64,000 nt of DNA from an uncultured bacterium (GCA_963819815.1 CAWFXL010000001.1:320001-384000), one strand, 5' to 3'; positions 30,002 through 41,370 are shown, counted from the stretch's first letter. The notes: generated by a model not told the origin, from the letters alone. Made by a program: numbers and translations.

Positions 30002-33000
30002 TTGAAGATTCGAATAATTCTTATTTTATGTCTTTTGTTTTCAATGCCTGTCTCTGCATTATTCCACACAAAATCGGATGCGGTAGCATCTTCACAACTG
30101 TCTCCTGGCAGCAGATATGGCATGAGTGTTGACAATGAAGAGCTTATACTCGATGCCACTTGGATAAAAGAAGCCACATGGCTCAATGAAAAAGTTCAAG
30201 GAAACGATGCTGTAGGGCGGACAAAAAAGGAGTCGGTGCTCATTCCTATCACTAAAAATGAGTTTAATGATATCGCACCATTTTTGAAACTGCTTGGGAA
30301 GAAAGATTACTTGAGGCTAGACAAAGAACTGTTGGGTTTTGCTGGGTTGGTCGTGGACAAAGAGTCTGATCTTAAATCGTTGAAGCCTTCCGTTGAAAAG
30401 GTAAATGCACTGTACACAAATCTCAAAAAAATGGAAATTACAGGTTTGGAACCTTATGTTAAGAAGGTCTTTTTTGCCTTGCTAAAAAAGGAAGCTATTC
30501 TCGCCGAGTTTAGCCGTAACGAAAAGTTCCTCGATGCCTTTGAAATAGTAAAAGATATCGCCGGCCAGAACGCTCAGCTGGTGAGCCAGGAAGATCAGAA
30601 ATATCTGGCGGCACGTCTGCTGGTCGTAGCACAGCTTCATAAACAGCCAAGCTGTTATGACGTAAGCTCAAATGGACGCTACTTTGTGATTTGCACAGAA
30701 GAAGATGCGAAGAAGAGCAGCTTACTTGAGGTCTATGATCTTAAAACCGGTTTGCGCGGATGGAGCACAATGGTTGAATATCCTGTGCAGGGTGTACAGT
30801 TTTATAATGAGCGGCAGGTCATAACCTGGGGCAGAAGAGAGGTTCTTGGTGAACGTACTAGTAAGACGGCAACTCTCGATATGCTTGAGCTATCAGAAAA
30901 CTCTCAGACCCTTAAGAATGAGACCCCAAACTTGTGGAAAGAAATGCTCAAAGGAGCTAAGAAAATTTGGGGTGTTGTTTTGGGTGATTATAAGAATATC
31001 ATTGGGGTAGGCGTTGATGAACAAATTCTCTTAATAGATATGGCTTCAGATCGAACCTGTAAGACTATCCCCCTCGCACCAAGCGGTATTAAAAGAACAT
31101 CTAGTTTAGTATTGCAATTTGCTGATGAAGACAGAATCATTGTAGAACTCTCACTGCACGGAGTTCTCTGTTTCTATCAATGCGATACCGGAACATATAG
31201 TGGCCCTGAGCCAACAAGTAGGATAAGACAATATTACGTGAACGGTCCCCATCTTATTACTATTTCTGCTAATCATGACCTGTGTATCTGGGATTGTCGG
31301 CAGGGTAAATGTATCAGACAAGAGAAGGTTCCTCAAAATACAGCTTTGTTTGTCCCCCGAGGGAGGCACATCAAAGGCGCCCAAGCTCAAGAAGGAAGAG
31401 AAATAATTTTTTGCGATACTGCCGGCCAGGAGTTTATGAAAAGGCTTCCCGTCTTAGATGGCAGCACCATGCCTCATTGGATTAAATTAACGAGTGTTGG
31501 TACTGTTACCATACCCATAAAATCTGATATGTCCTATGAACCGATAGTGCTTGCACCAAAGGAAGCATTGACCTCCTTCTTTATGAGCAAAGATGAAGGC
31601 GTATTTGTTGCCCCCAGCACTACAGGTAAGGTATATGCATGCCATGCGAATAACTCTAACGTCAACGCTTTTCTTACATCTGATATGCCACTTGTAAATA
31701 ACCTATGGATACAGCTGTTAATTAACCAAATTAAGATGGGAAAAAAAAGAGGCCCCAACTTTGATTTTGCAAGCAAGCCCCATATGCAAAAAATATTTCA
31801 AACCTTTGAAGATGACGTGCGCATACTCTTACGCCATTCTTTTCCCGAATTGGACAAGCTGTTAACAGACCAGCCTACTGACGCTACTTCTTTTCGATCA
31901 GAAGGTTCTCAAGAAGCAGCAACGTCAAGCACAAGCGTTCGCGGGGGGACCCCCTTGAGTAATTCACCCAGGAGGGTTGTTGCCGAGGGAAAACCCTTAC
32001 GCTCGTCACCTAAACGTACGGTAAGCACTTCTAGTGCACACGCAGATGGAATAAGGAAAGAAACACAAGATGCTCTCATGACTCTTGGACTTTTAAGAGG
32101 CTCCTCCAATGAAGGTCCCACAGACCCAAGCCTGGGTTTCGGGCTTTTACGGGGCATCTCCCATGAAGAGAGAAATTCCCCAAGGGATCATGCAAAAAGC
32201 ATATTACCGGCAGGTATGCTTGTAAGCAGTCAAGAATTAAGGACACCAAGGAACGACATTGCCGGTTCATACGATTACGCGATATCACTCTTTAAAGAGG
32301 GGAAATTCCAATCTGCGTATGAAACTTTCTTAACGTGCTACAAACAAAATACAAGCGTACTTCACCAAGTATCGTCAGCCTATTGGCTCGGCTTGATTCT
32401 TTTGCGAGCATCTCACTCGGACTTACGAAGAGGATCAGGCACCATGAGTTTGAAAGGCTCAGGGGTGAGCTATGATCCAAACGCTGCACTTCATTTCTTT
32501 GAAAAAGCTGCACTGCACGATGAAAAACAAAAGTTTGATCCTGCAATACGGGCGGCAGCTTTGGTGCGTCTTGGTGAGATGTACTATTATGGTCTTGGAG
32601 TAAAACAATCATATGAGCAAGCATTTGAATATCTAAAGCGGGTGCTTACCATCCCTGAAGTTACACCACATAATCTTGTGCCTGCTCTTTTTCTTCTGTA
32701 TCGCGCAAAAAGAACGAAAGCTCTCAACAAAGAAGAAACTCATCTGCAGGAAGTGAATAGTTGGCGGGAAACCGCCTTAGAGCTCTGCAAAAAAAACGCT
32801 GACAAGTCCCCATTATTAGCCTTGTACGAAGGCAGGTTTCTCCTGCTTGATGCTACTGATGAGGCAACCTATACTCAGGTAGAACAGTGCTTTTTTAACG
32901 CTGCAGGCTCTACAGATCCTTTTATCAAAGCTGAGGCAACGTATAGACGCGGCAAGCTCTATCTGAGCATGACCAATAAAGTAGGCGCTGCACATGAGGA

Positions 33001-33766
33001 GCTTGCAAGAGCAGCAAAAGAAACTCTTGAGAGAGCCTTTGAGCAAGAATCCAATGGTTGGGTAAAAGCTATGGCGGAGTTGTATCTAGGTCATCTACAT
33101 CGCGATGAAAAGAGCGGTAAGCAAAAGAACACTAGGAAAGATGCCCTGAACTATTATGAGAAAGTCGCAGCACAAAACTATAACCGTTTTGCACAATCTG
33201 AAGCAGCTTATGAGTGTGCTCGGATCTATGAGAAAGAATCCGATGATGTTCCTGCAGATGCAGCAAAAGCAATTTTTTATCAAACACAAGCACTAGAGAT
33301 CGCCGATAGAGCCGGGCTCAAAAATATAAAAGCTCATTTACTACGAGAACATTTTTCACAAGCCATGCGCTACCTTGATTCTGATCCCCTGAAGGCATAT
33401 AGTCACTTTGAGGCAGTTTTAGAATCAGAAGACCAAACCCATCTTGATGAAGCCTGGTTCAGGCTCGCTGAGATATATAGAAAAGGCGGATCAGGTATTA
33501 AGAAACAGCCTGCTCTTGCACTAGAATATTATGAAAAGCTTCTAAAATATGGAAAAAATGGAAGCTATGTGCATAGGGCACTGTATGTATTAGGAAAGGA
33601 AGCCTTTAGTAAATATGATTTTAAAAGGGCAGAAGATTTGCTGGCGCAAGCAAAAAGCCGTTCAGATGATCCTAAGATAACGAAAAAGGCTGCGCGGGAA
33701 TTTGCAAAGCTCCCTTGTGCACAATCAAGCAAAGACAAGAAGCAGGAAGATGATGACTCAGAATGA
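30002..33766 (+). CDS. Paralog of the 17350-21402 protein (BTB-like, propeller-like, Sel1 repeats)
   Basis: Shared motifs LDATW, GRTK, YPV..VQFYN, FADEDR, WDCR, FVPRG, IFCD..G.EFMK, GE.YYYGLGVK, LDE.WFRLA, KGGSG. Likely TTG start at 30002 (ORF is open from 29864). Confidence 0.85.
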   Translation: MKIRIILILCLLFSMPVSALFHTKSDAVASSQLSPGSRYGMSVDNEELILDATWIKEATWLNEKVQGNDAVGRTKKESVLIPITKNEFNDIAPFLKLLGKKDYLRLDKELLGFAGLVVDKESDLKSLKPSVEKVNALYTNLKKMEITGLEPYVKKVFFALLKKEAILAEFSRNEKFLDAFEIVKDIAGQNAQLVSQEDQKYLAARLLVVAQLHKQPSCYDVSSNGRYFVICTEEDAKKSSLLEVYDLKTGLRGWSTMVEYPVQGVQFYNERQVITWGRREVLGERTSKTATLDMLELSENSQTLKNETPNLWKEMLKGAKKIWGVVLGDYKNIIGVGVDEQILLIDMASDRTCKTIPLAPSGIKRTSSLVLQFADEDRIIVELSLHGVLCFYQCDTGTYSGPEPTSRIRQYYVNGPHLITISANHDLCIWDCRQGKCIRQEKVPQNTALFVPRGRHIKGAQAQEGREIIFCDTAGQEFMKRLPVLDGSTMPHWIKLTSVGTVTIPIKSDMSYEPIVLAPKEALTSFFMSKDEGVFVAPSTTGKVYACHANNSNVNAFLTSDMPLVNNLWIQLLINQIKMGKKRGPNFDFASKPHMQKIFQTFEDDVRILLRHSFPELDKLLTDQPTDATSFRSEGSQEAATSSTSVRGGTPLSNSPRRVVAEGKPLRSSPKRTVSTSSAHADGIRKETQDALMTLGLLRGSSNEGPTDPSLGFGLLRGISHEERNSPRDHAKSILPAGMLVSSQELRTPRNDIAGSYDYAISLFKEGKFQSAYETFLTCYKQNTSVLHQVSSAYWLGLILLRASHSDLRRGSGTMSLKGSGVSYDPNAALHFFEKAALHDEKQKFDPAIRAAALVRLGEMYYYGLGVKQSYEQAFEYLKRVLTIPEVTPHNLVPALFLLYRAKRTKALNKEETHLQEVNSWRETALELCKKNADKSPLLALYEGRFLLLDATDEATYTQVEQCFFNAAGSTDPFIKAEATYRRGKLYLSMTNKVGAAHEELARAAKETLERAFEQESNGWVKAMAELYLGHLHRDEKSGKQKNTRKDALNYYEKVAAQNYNRFAQSEAAYECARIYEKESDDVPADAAKAIFYQTQALEIADRAGLKNIKAHLLREHFSQAMRYLDSDPLKAYSHFEAVLESEDQTHLDEAWFRLAEIYRKGGSGIKKQPALALEYYEKLLKYGKNGSYVHRALYVLGKEAFSKYDFKRAEDLLAQAKSRSDDPKITKKAAREFAKLPCAQSSKDKKQEDDDSE

Positions 33767-33896
33767 GCCCAGGTTCGGGTACTAAAAATGCTCTGTGGAG
33801 AATTCCTGCCTAGGCCTTAGAGATACATAGCAGCATCCTGTCAGTGCCCAAGAATCATAGCTTTTAAAAAGATTCTAAGATCAGATATAAGCCAAC

Positions 33897-33925
33897 AAAT
33901 CAAACCATAAGTAATGGTTTGATTT
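33897..33925. terminator. Inverted repeat between convergent genes
   Basis: AAATCAAACCAT-aagta-ATGGTTTGATTT. Confidence 0.6.
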
Positions 33926-33952
33926 CAAATGTGCTCTAGAGCGCTCTCAAAT

Positions 33953-34969
33953 TTAGAAGTTTGAGAGCGCTTTTATATTCCATATATTAGCAGTGCAATC
34001 CATAGAGCCAGTCACGGTAATAATCTCAGTGCCTTCAGGGTTGAAAGCCACTGAAAAGACTGGATCGTTATGAGAATATGTCTCTATAAGATCTCCTGTT
34101 ACAACATTCCAAAGTTTTGCTGTGCAGTCCTGGGATCCAGTAAGAATGAGAGAATCATCGGGACTGAAGGCTACTGCCCATATATCCATAGCATGGTTAA
34201 AGGTATGGATGAGACTGCCTGTTTGCACATCCCAAAGTTTCACGCTATGGTCCCTCGAGCCAGTAATAACCAACTTGCCCGTATGGCTAAAAGCTACTGC
34301 TGTTACAAAATGATCATGCTTAAAAGTATGCAAAAGTTTACCCGAAAGGGTATCCCAAAGCTTTGCTGTGTTATCAAGAGATCCGGTAATAAGCTTTGAG
34401 CCATCCGCACTAAACGCTACTGACTGAACCATATCCTCATGAGTAAAAGTATGGAGGAGCTTGCCTGACTGAATGCTCCAAAGCTTGGCCAAGAATTCCT
34501 GAGATCCGGTAAGAACCAGTTTGTCTTGTGGGGTGATGGCTGTTGCCCAAATTCCTATTGTATCTGGTAAGGTGTGTACAAGTTCACCCGTGAACTTATC
34601 CCAAAGATGAACCGATTCGTCCTCAGTTGAAATCATAATCTGTAACCCATCGGGACTAAACTCTACTTGAAACACAGCTTGCGTAAGGTTGAATGTGGCT
34701 ACGAGAGCACCAGTATGCGCACTCCAGAGCTTGACGGTAGTGTCAGTTGATCCGGTAAGAATCTGAGAACCATCGGGACTGAAGGCCCACGAACCACATA
34801 CATCATCATGGTTGAACGTGGCTATACAAGTACCTGATATAACTTCCCAGAGCTTAATATGATCATGACCACCGCCGGTAATCAGCTGAGTGCTATCGGG
34901 ACTCAATGATGAGATAATCCAGGAACCAAGATGGAAAGTTTTTAAAGGAGTCGTGGAAGTAGATGACAT
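33953..34969 (-). CDS. WD40-repeat protein
   Basis: About 8 canonical repeats (H..V.SVAFSPDG..LTGS.D.TAKLW). GAGGA RBS before ATG 34969. Confidence 0.93.
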   Translation of the reverse strand: MSSTSTTPLKTFHLGSWIISSLSPDSTQLITGGGHDHIKLWEVISGTCIATFNHDDVCGSWAFSPDGSQILTGSTDTTVKLWSAHTGALVATFNLTQAVFQVEFSPDGLQIMISTEDESVHLWDKFTGELVHTLPDTIGIWATAITPQDKLVLTGSQEFLAKLWSIQSGKLLHTFTHEDMVQSVAFSADGSKLITGSLDNTAKLWDTLSGKLLHTFKHDHFVTAVAFSHTGKLVITGSRDHSVKLWDVQTGSLIHTFNHAMDIWAVAFSPDDSLILTGSQDCTAKLWNVVTGDLIETYSHNDPVFSVAFNPEGTEIITVTGSMDCTANIWNIKALSNF

Positions 34970-35326
34970 GCTATTCCTCACTAAGTAGTATCATGGCAAG
35001 GAATCTAGCAAGAGTTGCACCTGAATTCCTTATATCAATACCATTCTAAAAGATAAATCTAAAGTAATCCACTGGTTGAGGATACTTCTCTTTTAATCAG
35101 AATTCAAAACGCTATCCCACTCCTCAGCAGTAATATCGTATATGGTATCCGCAGATCTTTTCTTTTTTTGAATGGGTACTCGTTGAGTATGGGTGCGTTC
35201 AATCTGAAGCTGAATGCTTAAGTAGAACTATTTCCATTGGATAGGTAGTACTGCATCCCATACTTGCTAGAATGCATGCTATGATACATTTAGTATTCAT
35301 ACGCTCCATACATCATTTTCCGATAC

Positions 35327-37003
35327 TTATTTTACAGATTTTCTAGATTTGAAAAAAGTTTCATTGTTCGCTGAGTTATCAAAGGTAAGCAAGGGCACAT
35401 TCGTATACTTTTCAATCAACTTCGCAAATGAGGCTCTCTGCGCAGGATCGCCAACATACTCTAACGCAGTTTTCCCTCTATCATCCACGAGCATACTATC
35501 GGCACCATGATCTAAGAGCTCATCGAAGGCTTCATAGCAGAGATTCTGAGCTGCTAGATGCAACGGTGTTTGGTTCATATCGTTGCGATCATTTATAGCT
35601 ACTGAAGCGATTAACCCCCTAACTATTTCCATGACGCCACTCGATGCTGCAATATGTAATGGAGTGTTACCAGAAGCATCCCGGGCTTTTACATCCGCAC
35701 CACGCATAATAAGCAAGTTAACTAGAGATTTGTGTTTAGAGCCAATTGCCAAATGAAGAGCCCTAGAGGTCAGTGTATCATCGCTGGCATCAACCTGTGC
35801 TCCATCGTTGAGAAGCTTTATCGCATCTGCTAGTACTACCGTTGAAGGACTAGTACACATTGTGATTAACCTTTTATTAAATTGCCAGACCTCATTGCTT
35901 ATTAAATGAGCGCCGGTATATCCATGCCCAATTTTTGGGTCCTTATTTTTCAGGGTTAAAGCTGGTCTGTTTGGAATTGCAACTTGAGCTGGCGTTATCG
36001 AAAGCTGTTTAGGTAGTAGAAAGCCCTGAGCATCTTTAGTTTGCAGTAGAACAGGTTTTAACTGAAGACTAGTTTCATCAGAATCGAAAACTGTTTGCAC
36101 AGAGCCCAGAGTAGGATTTTTTGATTTTGACATAAGGTCAATAAGTTTTCTTGACGCTTGAGTTACTTCTTCTTTCGTGTTTTCTTTGTAACTTGCAGAT
36201 ACTGCGGCATAACTACGCTTTTTTTGTGCATCTTTAGAGGTTTTGGAAGAAGATTTCTTTGCCACGGTAGCATCGGGTTCTGAAAATAAATCTGATGCTT
36301 GTTGATCAGGTTGCGTCTGTTCTGTTAGTTGAACAGCAGCTACCGTATTTGGGAGTCCTTGACGATCTGAACTTTGGACATCTACTGCCTTATCGGCCTC
36401 ATCCTTATAATGTCTGCTTAAGAGCAATCTCTTTAGAGATGGAACTGTAGCAGTAGAAGATGCTGCGTTAGCTGCTCCAATGGAATCAGAATTATTCTGT
36501 ACTAAGGATGACAAGCTAGAGAGGGTTTCAGCTCGCACTGCCTCATCAGCTGACACGCCATTAATTTTTCTCTTTCTAGTATCTTGCGAGGATGACGAAG
36601 ATGTTTTGAGGCCTTCCTTAACCCCATTGGCAGGTCTTTTCATAGATCGTGGTCTGAGAGATCTTTGATTTTTCGATGAAAGTTCCTTCGCGTCCACTTG
36701 TTTTAATTGCTCTTGTGCATTTTGGAGTGCTTCCTGGGGAATCGTAATGACCGTACTCCTTTGTCCCGAACTCGTTGATCTTTCGGACGCTCCGAGCGAT
36801 TCTTGACTTCTTTTCACCGAAGATGCCTTCGCTTTCGATTTTTTTAACTTTTGCTTTATTACCGCATCGAAAACTTTCTCTGGGATCGTAATGACAGTGG
36901 TATGTGGTCTCATTGAAGGTCTTGGTTTATCTAAAACTTTATCCATAGCACCTAAAGTATTTAGCAATCCGCACATTAAGATTATTATAAGTATTTTTTG
37001 CAT
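35327..37003 (-). CDS. Exported protein with low-complexity basic/Ser-rich N-half and C-terminal ankyrin repeats
   Basis: Signal peptide. RALHLAI, GNTPLHIAA, QTPLHLAA and GKTAL motifs. Confidence 0.85.
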   Translation of the reverse strand: MQKILIIILMCGLLNTLGAMDKVLDKPRPSMRPHTTVITIPEKVFDAVIKQKLKKSKAKASSVKRSQESLGASERSTSSGQRSTVITIPQEALQNAQEQLKQVDAKELSSKNQRSLRPRSMKRPANGVKEGLKTSSSSSQDTRKRKINGVSADEAVRAETLSSLSSLVQNNSDSIGAANAASSTATVPSLKRLLLSRHYKDEADKAVDVQSSDRQGLPNTVAAVQLTEQTQPDQQASDLFSEPDATVAKKSSSKTSKDAQKKRSYAAVSASYKENTKEEVTQASRKLIDLMSKSKNPTLGSVQTVFDSDETSLQLKPVLLQTKDAQGFLLPKQLSITPAQVAIPNRPALTLKNKDPKIGHGYTGAHLISNEVWQFNKRLITMCTSPSTVVLADAIKLLNDGAQVDASDDTLTSRALHLAIGSKHKSLVNLLIMRGADVKARDASGNTPLHIAASSGVMEIVRGLIASVAINDRNDMNQTPLHLAAQNLCYEAFDELLDHGADSMLVDDRGKTALEYVGDPAQRASFAKLIEKYTNVPLLTFDNSANNETFFKSRKSVK

Positions 37004-37664
37004 GTTATTCTCGCTATCTTATTCAATTACCTAATATCACTCTATTTGTTACTTTTGGCACTCACGACTAAGTCCCCTATACACATATAACTAGTTACAG
37101 AGAGCGGTATGCCAAGCAACGGTGCACGCAAGAGGTGGTACACAAAGCAACACTATCTGTCGTTTTATTTTATTAGCACGCGGCCACGTTGTTCAAATTG
37201 TAATGAAAAATAGAAGATTTGTCAACTGCCCCCACCTTACGCATAGAGACGACCTATGGAATCGCCCAAGTAACGAATAGATGGAACATAACGGTTAGGG
37301 CGGCTCAGACAAGCAAATCTACTTTGAACAAATGCTGCGGAATGCCCCCAAAATCACTTGCAGATCACAGAAAAAAGGCCGGTGGGGGTAAAGCCCTCAT
37401 CCAACAGCTCCTACTCGCCTAACTTTAGGAAATTGCTGTAAGACGTGCTCAAATTATCCTTCGTGATGAAGAATCATCAAGCATTTTTGATAGGCTTGGT
37501 CCTCTTGAGAAAGCAGCGAAGCGAAAAAGGTAGAACCCTGGCCTTGCTTGAGGACCTCACAAAAGCACAAGATGGCAGATGTTTTCACTTTTGAACTTCT
37601 TGATATCTTACGTGCTTGAATTCTAAAGATCAGCGTTGTATAGTTATATTGTATACCAAACGAG

Positions 37665-39230
37665 ATGATTATGAACTTCACCTATCAGCTAGCTCTTGTA
37701 AGCATGTGTCTAATCCTAAGTGATGTAAGCGCCTCCGAGAGTGCTACCAAAAAAAGAAAAGATAACTCTGGTGCTGCTCGTTTTGATGAAAGAATGAAAC
37801 AAGAGGCTCTAGCACTGGCAAGTGAACGGCTGCGCAAGGTATGTCAAAATAGAATCTTAGGCAGCGTGGAAAGCTTAGTTAAAGCTGGTGCCGATGCCAA
37901 TGATCTGGACGCAAGCACACATAAAAGTGCACTGCATTTGGCCGCTGAGAATGGTGACTATACCATTGTTAAGCGCCTCCTTGCATGCGGCGGCAACCCC
38001 CAGATTACCGATGGAGGAGGTCGAACTTCGCTCCATTGGGCAGCTATGGCAGGTGACGGAGACGTAATTTCCCTTCTTCTAAGAGATCTTTCAAGAGAAA
38101 GCGTGAATCAAATTCTTCAGGCAAAGAACCTTAGAGGCGAAATGGCTCTTCATGCAGCCGCTGCAGCTGGTCAGCTTGAATCATGTAAGGTTCTCCTAGA
38201 CATGGGCTGTAGCGTTAATGCACTTACAAGCGCAAATCGCACTCCTCTTCATCTAGCAGCATATTATGGACATACCCACTTAGCTACCTATCTTATAGGA
38301 AGAGGAGCTTCCCTTACCTTGGTAACAGCCGGTGGATTTACTGCTTTACATGAAGCAGCTTTTCGAGGACATGCTAAAACGGCAGCTGCTCTTATTGAAC
38401 GTGATATTAATAAAGAAACAGTTGATAGCAATGGACTAACAGCTCTCCATGTAGGCATACAGCAGGGGCACAAAGAGGTGGTTGCACTCCTTCTTGGAAG
38501 CAAATGCAATGCGAATGCTCAGCTACCAAATGGAGACTTTCTTGTACATATGGCAGCACGCCTTGAAGCAACGGATCTATTTGAACTATTAATCCAGTAT
38601 GGAGCTCAGAAAGATGCTCTCAATAAAGAAAAGTATACTCCCTTAAATCTCGCATTACATGAAGGTCTTACTCGTGTTACTAGCCTTATGCAAGAACCTG
38701 ATAAAACCGATATTGATAAGAAGTTGACCGCACTTCATAAGGACATACACTACGTGGTTGCATCCCTTCTTGAACAAGGATGCAAGAAAAATTTTCCTTT
38801 ACCAAATGGAGACTATACATTGCATACAGCAGTACGTATAAGATCTCAAAACTTATGTGATCTACTCATCAAGCATGGAGCTCAGAAAGATGCTCTTAAT
38901 AAAGAAGGGTATACTCCCGTCCATGTTGCCGTACAAGAAGAGCTTGACCTTCTTGCATTACACTTAGTCGAACTGGGAGCAGATCCTGAGATCAGAACAC
39001 CACAAGGGAAAACGGCGAGTGCTATCGTTTTTCATAGAGAACTTAAAGGTACCGTATCTCCGGAGCAACGTAGCCGGTTTAGTTCAGCTAATACAGCCCT
39101 CGCAGTAGCACTCTTTAATAAAAGAAAAGAGTATCAAGAAAAGCATGCCTCTACAGGTGCAGTGGCATCAACCTCAACACAGGCAGCCCAGCCGAGCACT
39201 TCTTTAAGGCAAGAAGATTTAAAACAATGA
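37665..39230 (+). CDS. Ankyrin-repeat protein with signal peptide
   Basis: About 10 ankyrin repeats, including a duplicated LPNGD..GAQKDALNKE.YTP unit. Confidence 0.9.
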   Translation: MIMNFTYQLALVSMCLILSDVSASESATKKRKDNSGAARFDERMKQEALALASERLRKVCQNRILGSVESLVKAGADANDLDASTHKSALHLAAENGDYTIVKRLLACGGNPQITDGGGRTSLHWAAMAGDGDVISLLLRDLSRESVNQILQAKNLRGEMALHAAAAAGQLESCKVLLDMGCSVNALTSANRTPLHLAAYYGHTHLATYLIGRGASLTLVTAGGFTALHEAAFRGHAKTAAALIERDINKETVDSNGLTALHVGIQQGHKEVVALLLGSKCNANAQLPNGDFLVHMAARLEATDLFELLIQYGAQKDALNKEKYTPLNLALHEGLTRVTSLMQEPDKTDIDKKLTALHKDIHYVVASLLEQGCKKNFPLPNGDYTLHTAVRIRSQNLCDLLIKHGAQKDALNKEGYTPVHVAVQEELDLLALHLVELGADPEIRTPQGKTASAIVFHRELKGTVSPEQRSRFSSANTALAVALFNKRKEYQEKHASTGAVASTSTQAAQPSTSLRQEDLKQ

Positions 39231-39506
39231 GACTCCTCGGTAGTTTGAGACTATAAGTTTCATGTTGTATGGCAGATTCCGCAAGAAGATTGCACTTTTC
39301 TTATGCTCCTAAAGGGCTCTATGGAATACATATTATCCATATCGGGCCTACTTATCACCCATCTTCGGCGCTACACAAATAGAAATATTTGTCGAGATAA
39401 AATAGAAAAATATTGACTTTCCTTGGCTGTATATGCTAGTTTTTAGAGTAGTAGAAGCAACGACTGCTATACGGTTTCATCACAAAAATAATAAAAAGGA
39501 GCCTCC

Positions 39507-39911
39507 ATGAATACCAATTGTTTAAGCCCCAAAAGCTTTTTTTCAAAAAAAATGTGTCTCAGCATTCTTGCATCATTATTTGTTCAAAGTTACCTATCTG
39601 CGGCAACTATTCACGTCGACAATAAGTTGGCTGATCAAAATGTCATGATCAACCTCTATGCTGCCGATAATGCTACGTATTCAAAAACGATCAAACCAGG
39701 AGCGAGCGAATTCTTTAATACAGGTTTCTCACCTATCGCAAATCTTGAATGGACGATTAATGGTGTACGATGGACTGGTAACTCCTTAACGGTTAAAGCT
39801 CTAGAGACAGAAGGGCGTCTTATCATAGAAAAAGATGGTAAGTACTCGTTCAAACCGTGCCTATTCTGTAACGAAGTAACCGGTCAAGCAATCAAGATGA
39901 CCCGCAATTGA
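39507..39911 (+). CDS. Hypothetical small exported beta-rich protein
   Basis: AGGAG RBS, signal-like segment, downstream terminator. Confidence 0.7.
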   Translation: MNTNCLSPKSFFSKKMCLSILASLFVQSYLSAATIHVDNKLADQNVMINLYAADNATYSKTIKPGASEFFNTGFSPIANLEWTINGVRWTGNSLTVKALETEGRLIIEKDGKYSFKPCLFCNEVTGQAIKMTRN

Positions 39912-39947
39912 TCGTACAGATCATCGCAAGTGCACTAGTAAAGGTAT

Positions 39948-39987
39948 ACTATCCTCGCTCGCACTATTACGAGCGAGGATAGTTTTT
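39948..39987 (+). terminator. Rho-independent terminator
   Basis: ACTATCCTCGCTCG-loop-CGAGCGAGGATAGT followed by a T-run. Confidence 0.8.
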
Positions 39988-40079
39988 ATCTTATTTTCTA
40001 TTGAGAACAACCCATTGCCAATTCACATGTACGTTGGTGAGAGTAGCAAGCCGATTAAAGGATCTTCCAGACCAACTCT

Positions 40080-41162
40080 TTAATGAGCGGTAGACGTATA
40101 AGGCTTCTCGCAGCATGGCTTACATGGATTACAAGGTGGTACGCAGGGCTTGCAAATAACTGAGCGAATCTCATCAAGAAGTACCAAATCCGCTTGGAAA
40201 CACTCACGCGGCAAGGGAACAAGATTGAGACATCGTGCAAATTTTTGTCCCTCAGTAAGCACAAAGTAGATAAACTGGGCAAGATTGCACGCAATAAATT
40301 CAGAAGGTTGATTCGCGTAGACGATCAGGTATTCTTTAAAGGTCAGAGGATAGGCGCAAGGGATTTTAGGTTTTGTAACTGATTCGTCACACAATCCTTC
40401 TGCAGCTTTCCGTATGCTCTCAAGACATGGCTCAACAAATTGCGTGCAATCATAGATGCTTTCTATTTCAGCACTTCTTGCACAACATTCTTGAGCTTGA
40501 GCAAATGTCGTATAGCCAATCGTACCGTGAGTCGCCTTAACACGAGCAGCAACGTTGTTTGACGTACATTGATTTTCTCCTTTGCAGTTCCAAGGCCAAC
40601 AAAGAAGGTAAGCAAGAACGGTCGACAATTCACTCGCGGCGCACGGGTAAATGGCTTGTATGTAAGCATCACCTTTATAGCATATGTTATTGTATGGTCT
40701 ACGTAAGAGTGAAGCCCAGGATACACATTTCTTCCTAAAGAAAATATCGATTATGTCCTCTTCAGTAAGACGCAGGGTGAAATTGCGCGGGAACTTACAG
40801 CAGGGATCGTCAGTAGGAAGATTGTATACCACGGAGATTGCGGAGAATACGATTGGAATACTTAAGATGCAATCAGGTTGCCTATCCTGTTCTGAACGGG
40901 TGGCAGCAATATCTGATCCGGCAAAAGAAACTCTATAGGAATAGAGCGCTTCTCTTCCATCCTCAGAACCGAAACAACTCTTGTCAGATTTATAGGTAAA
41001 ACAGGGGCAAGGATAAATTTTGTTATAGCGTGCAATGTTTCTATCAATAAAAGGTTTAAGGTCAAATGAACCCGCCCCTTTAATCACGCTTAAAAACTGC
41101 TCATCACCAGCAGAGATATTTACCGACATACCGAAAATAAAAAATGTATAGAGTAACTTCAT
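40080..41162 (-). CDS. Divergent, very Cys-rich PstS-fold paralog (copy A)
   Basis: IKGAGS, FAGSD, IPIVFSAISVVYNLP, GTIGY, YPLT and FIYFVLTEGQ motifs. The RxDxSGT phosphate motif is degenerate (YPCAASELS). Cys-Pro tail. AGGAG RBS before ATG 41162. Confidence 0.8.
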   Translation of the reverse strand: MKLLYTFFIFGMSVNISAGDEQFLSVIKGAGSFDLKPFIDRNIARYNKIYPCPCFTYKSDKSCFGSEDGREALYSYRVSFAGSDIAATRSEQDRQPDCILSIPIVFSAISVVYNLPTDDPCCKFPRNFTLRLTEEDIIDIFFRKKCVSWASLLRRPYNNICYKGDAYIQAIYPCAASELSTVLAYLLCWPWNCKGENQCTSNNVAARVKATHGTIGYTTFAQAQECCARSAEIESIYDCTQFVEPCLESIRKAAEGLCDESVTKPKIPCAYPLTFKEYLIVYANQPSEFIACNLAQFIYFVLTEGQKFARCLNLVPLPRECFQADLVLLDEIRSVICKPCVPPCNPCKPCCEKPYTSTAH

Positions 41163-41343
41163 CACTTTCTCCTTTATGCAACTTAAAGACTTCCACATTC
41201 TAGCGCATTGAATTCTTAATTTTCAAGAGTTTTGAAAAAATATTTTTTTGAACGGGTAAATTTAGTCATAAGATGATGAAATATCTTCATAGCAGGGCTT
41301 TTTTATGCCTTTTTTTAGGGATATGTAGGTAGACTTAAAAAGG

Positions 41344-41370
41344 ACATGCCGAGCACGAAGCTCGGCATGT
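41344..41370 (-). terminator. Conserved terminator of the PstS-like family (1)
   Basis: ACATGCCGAGC-loop-GCTCGGCATGT, followed on the minus strand by ccttttt. Confidence 0.85.
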
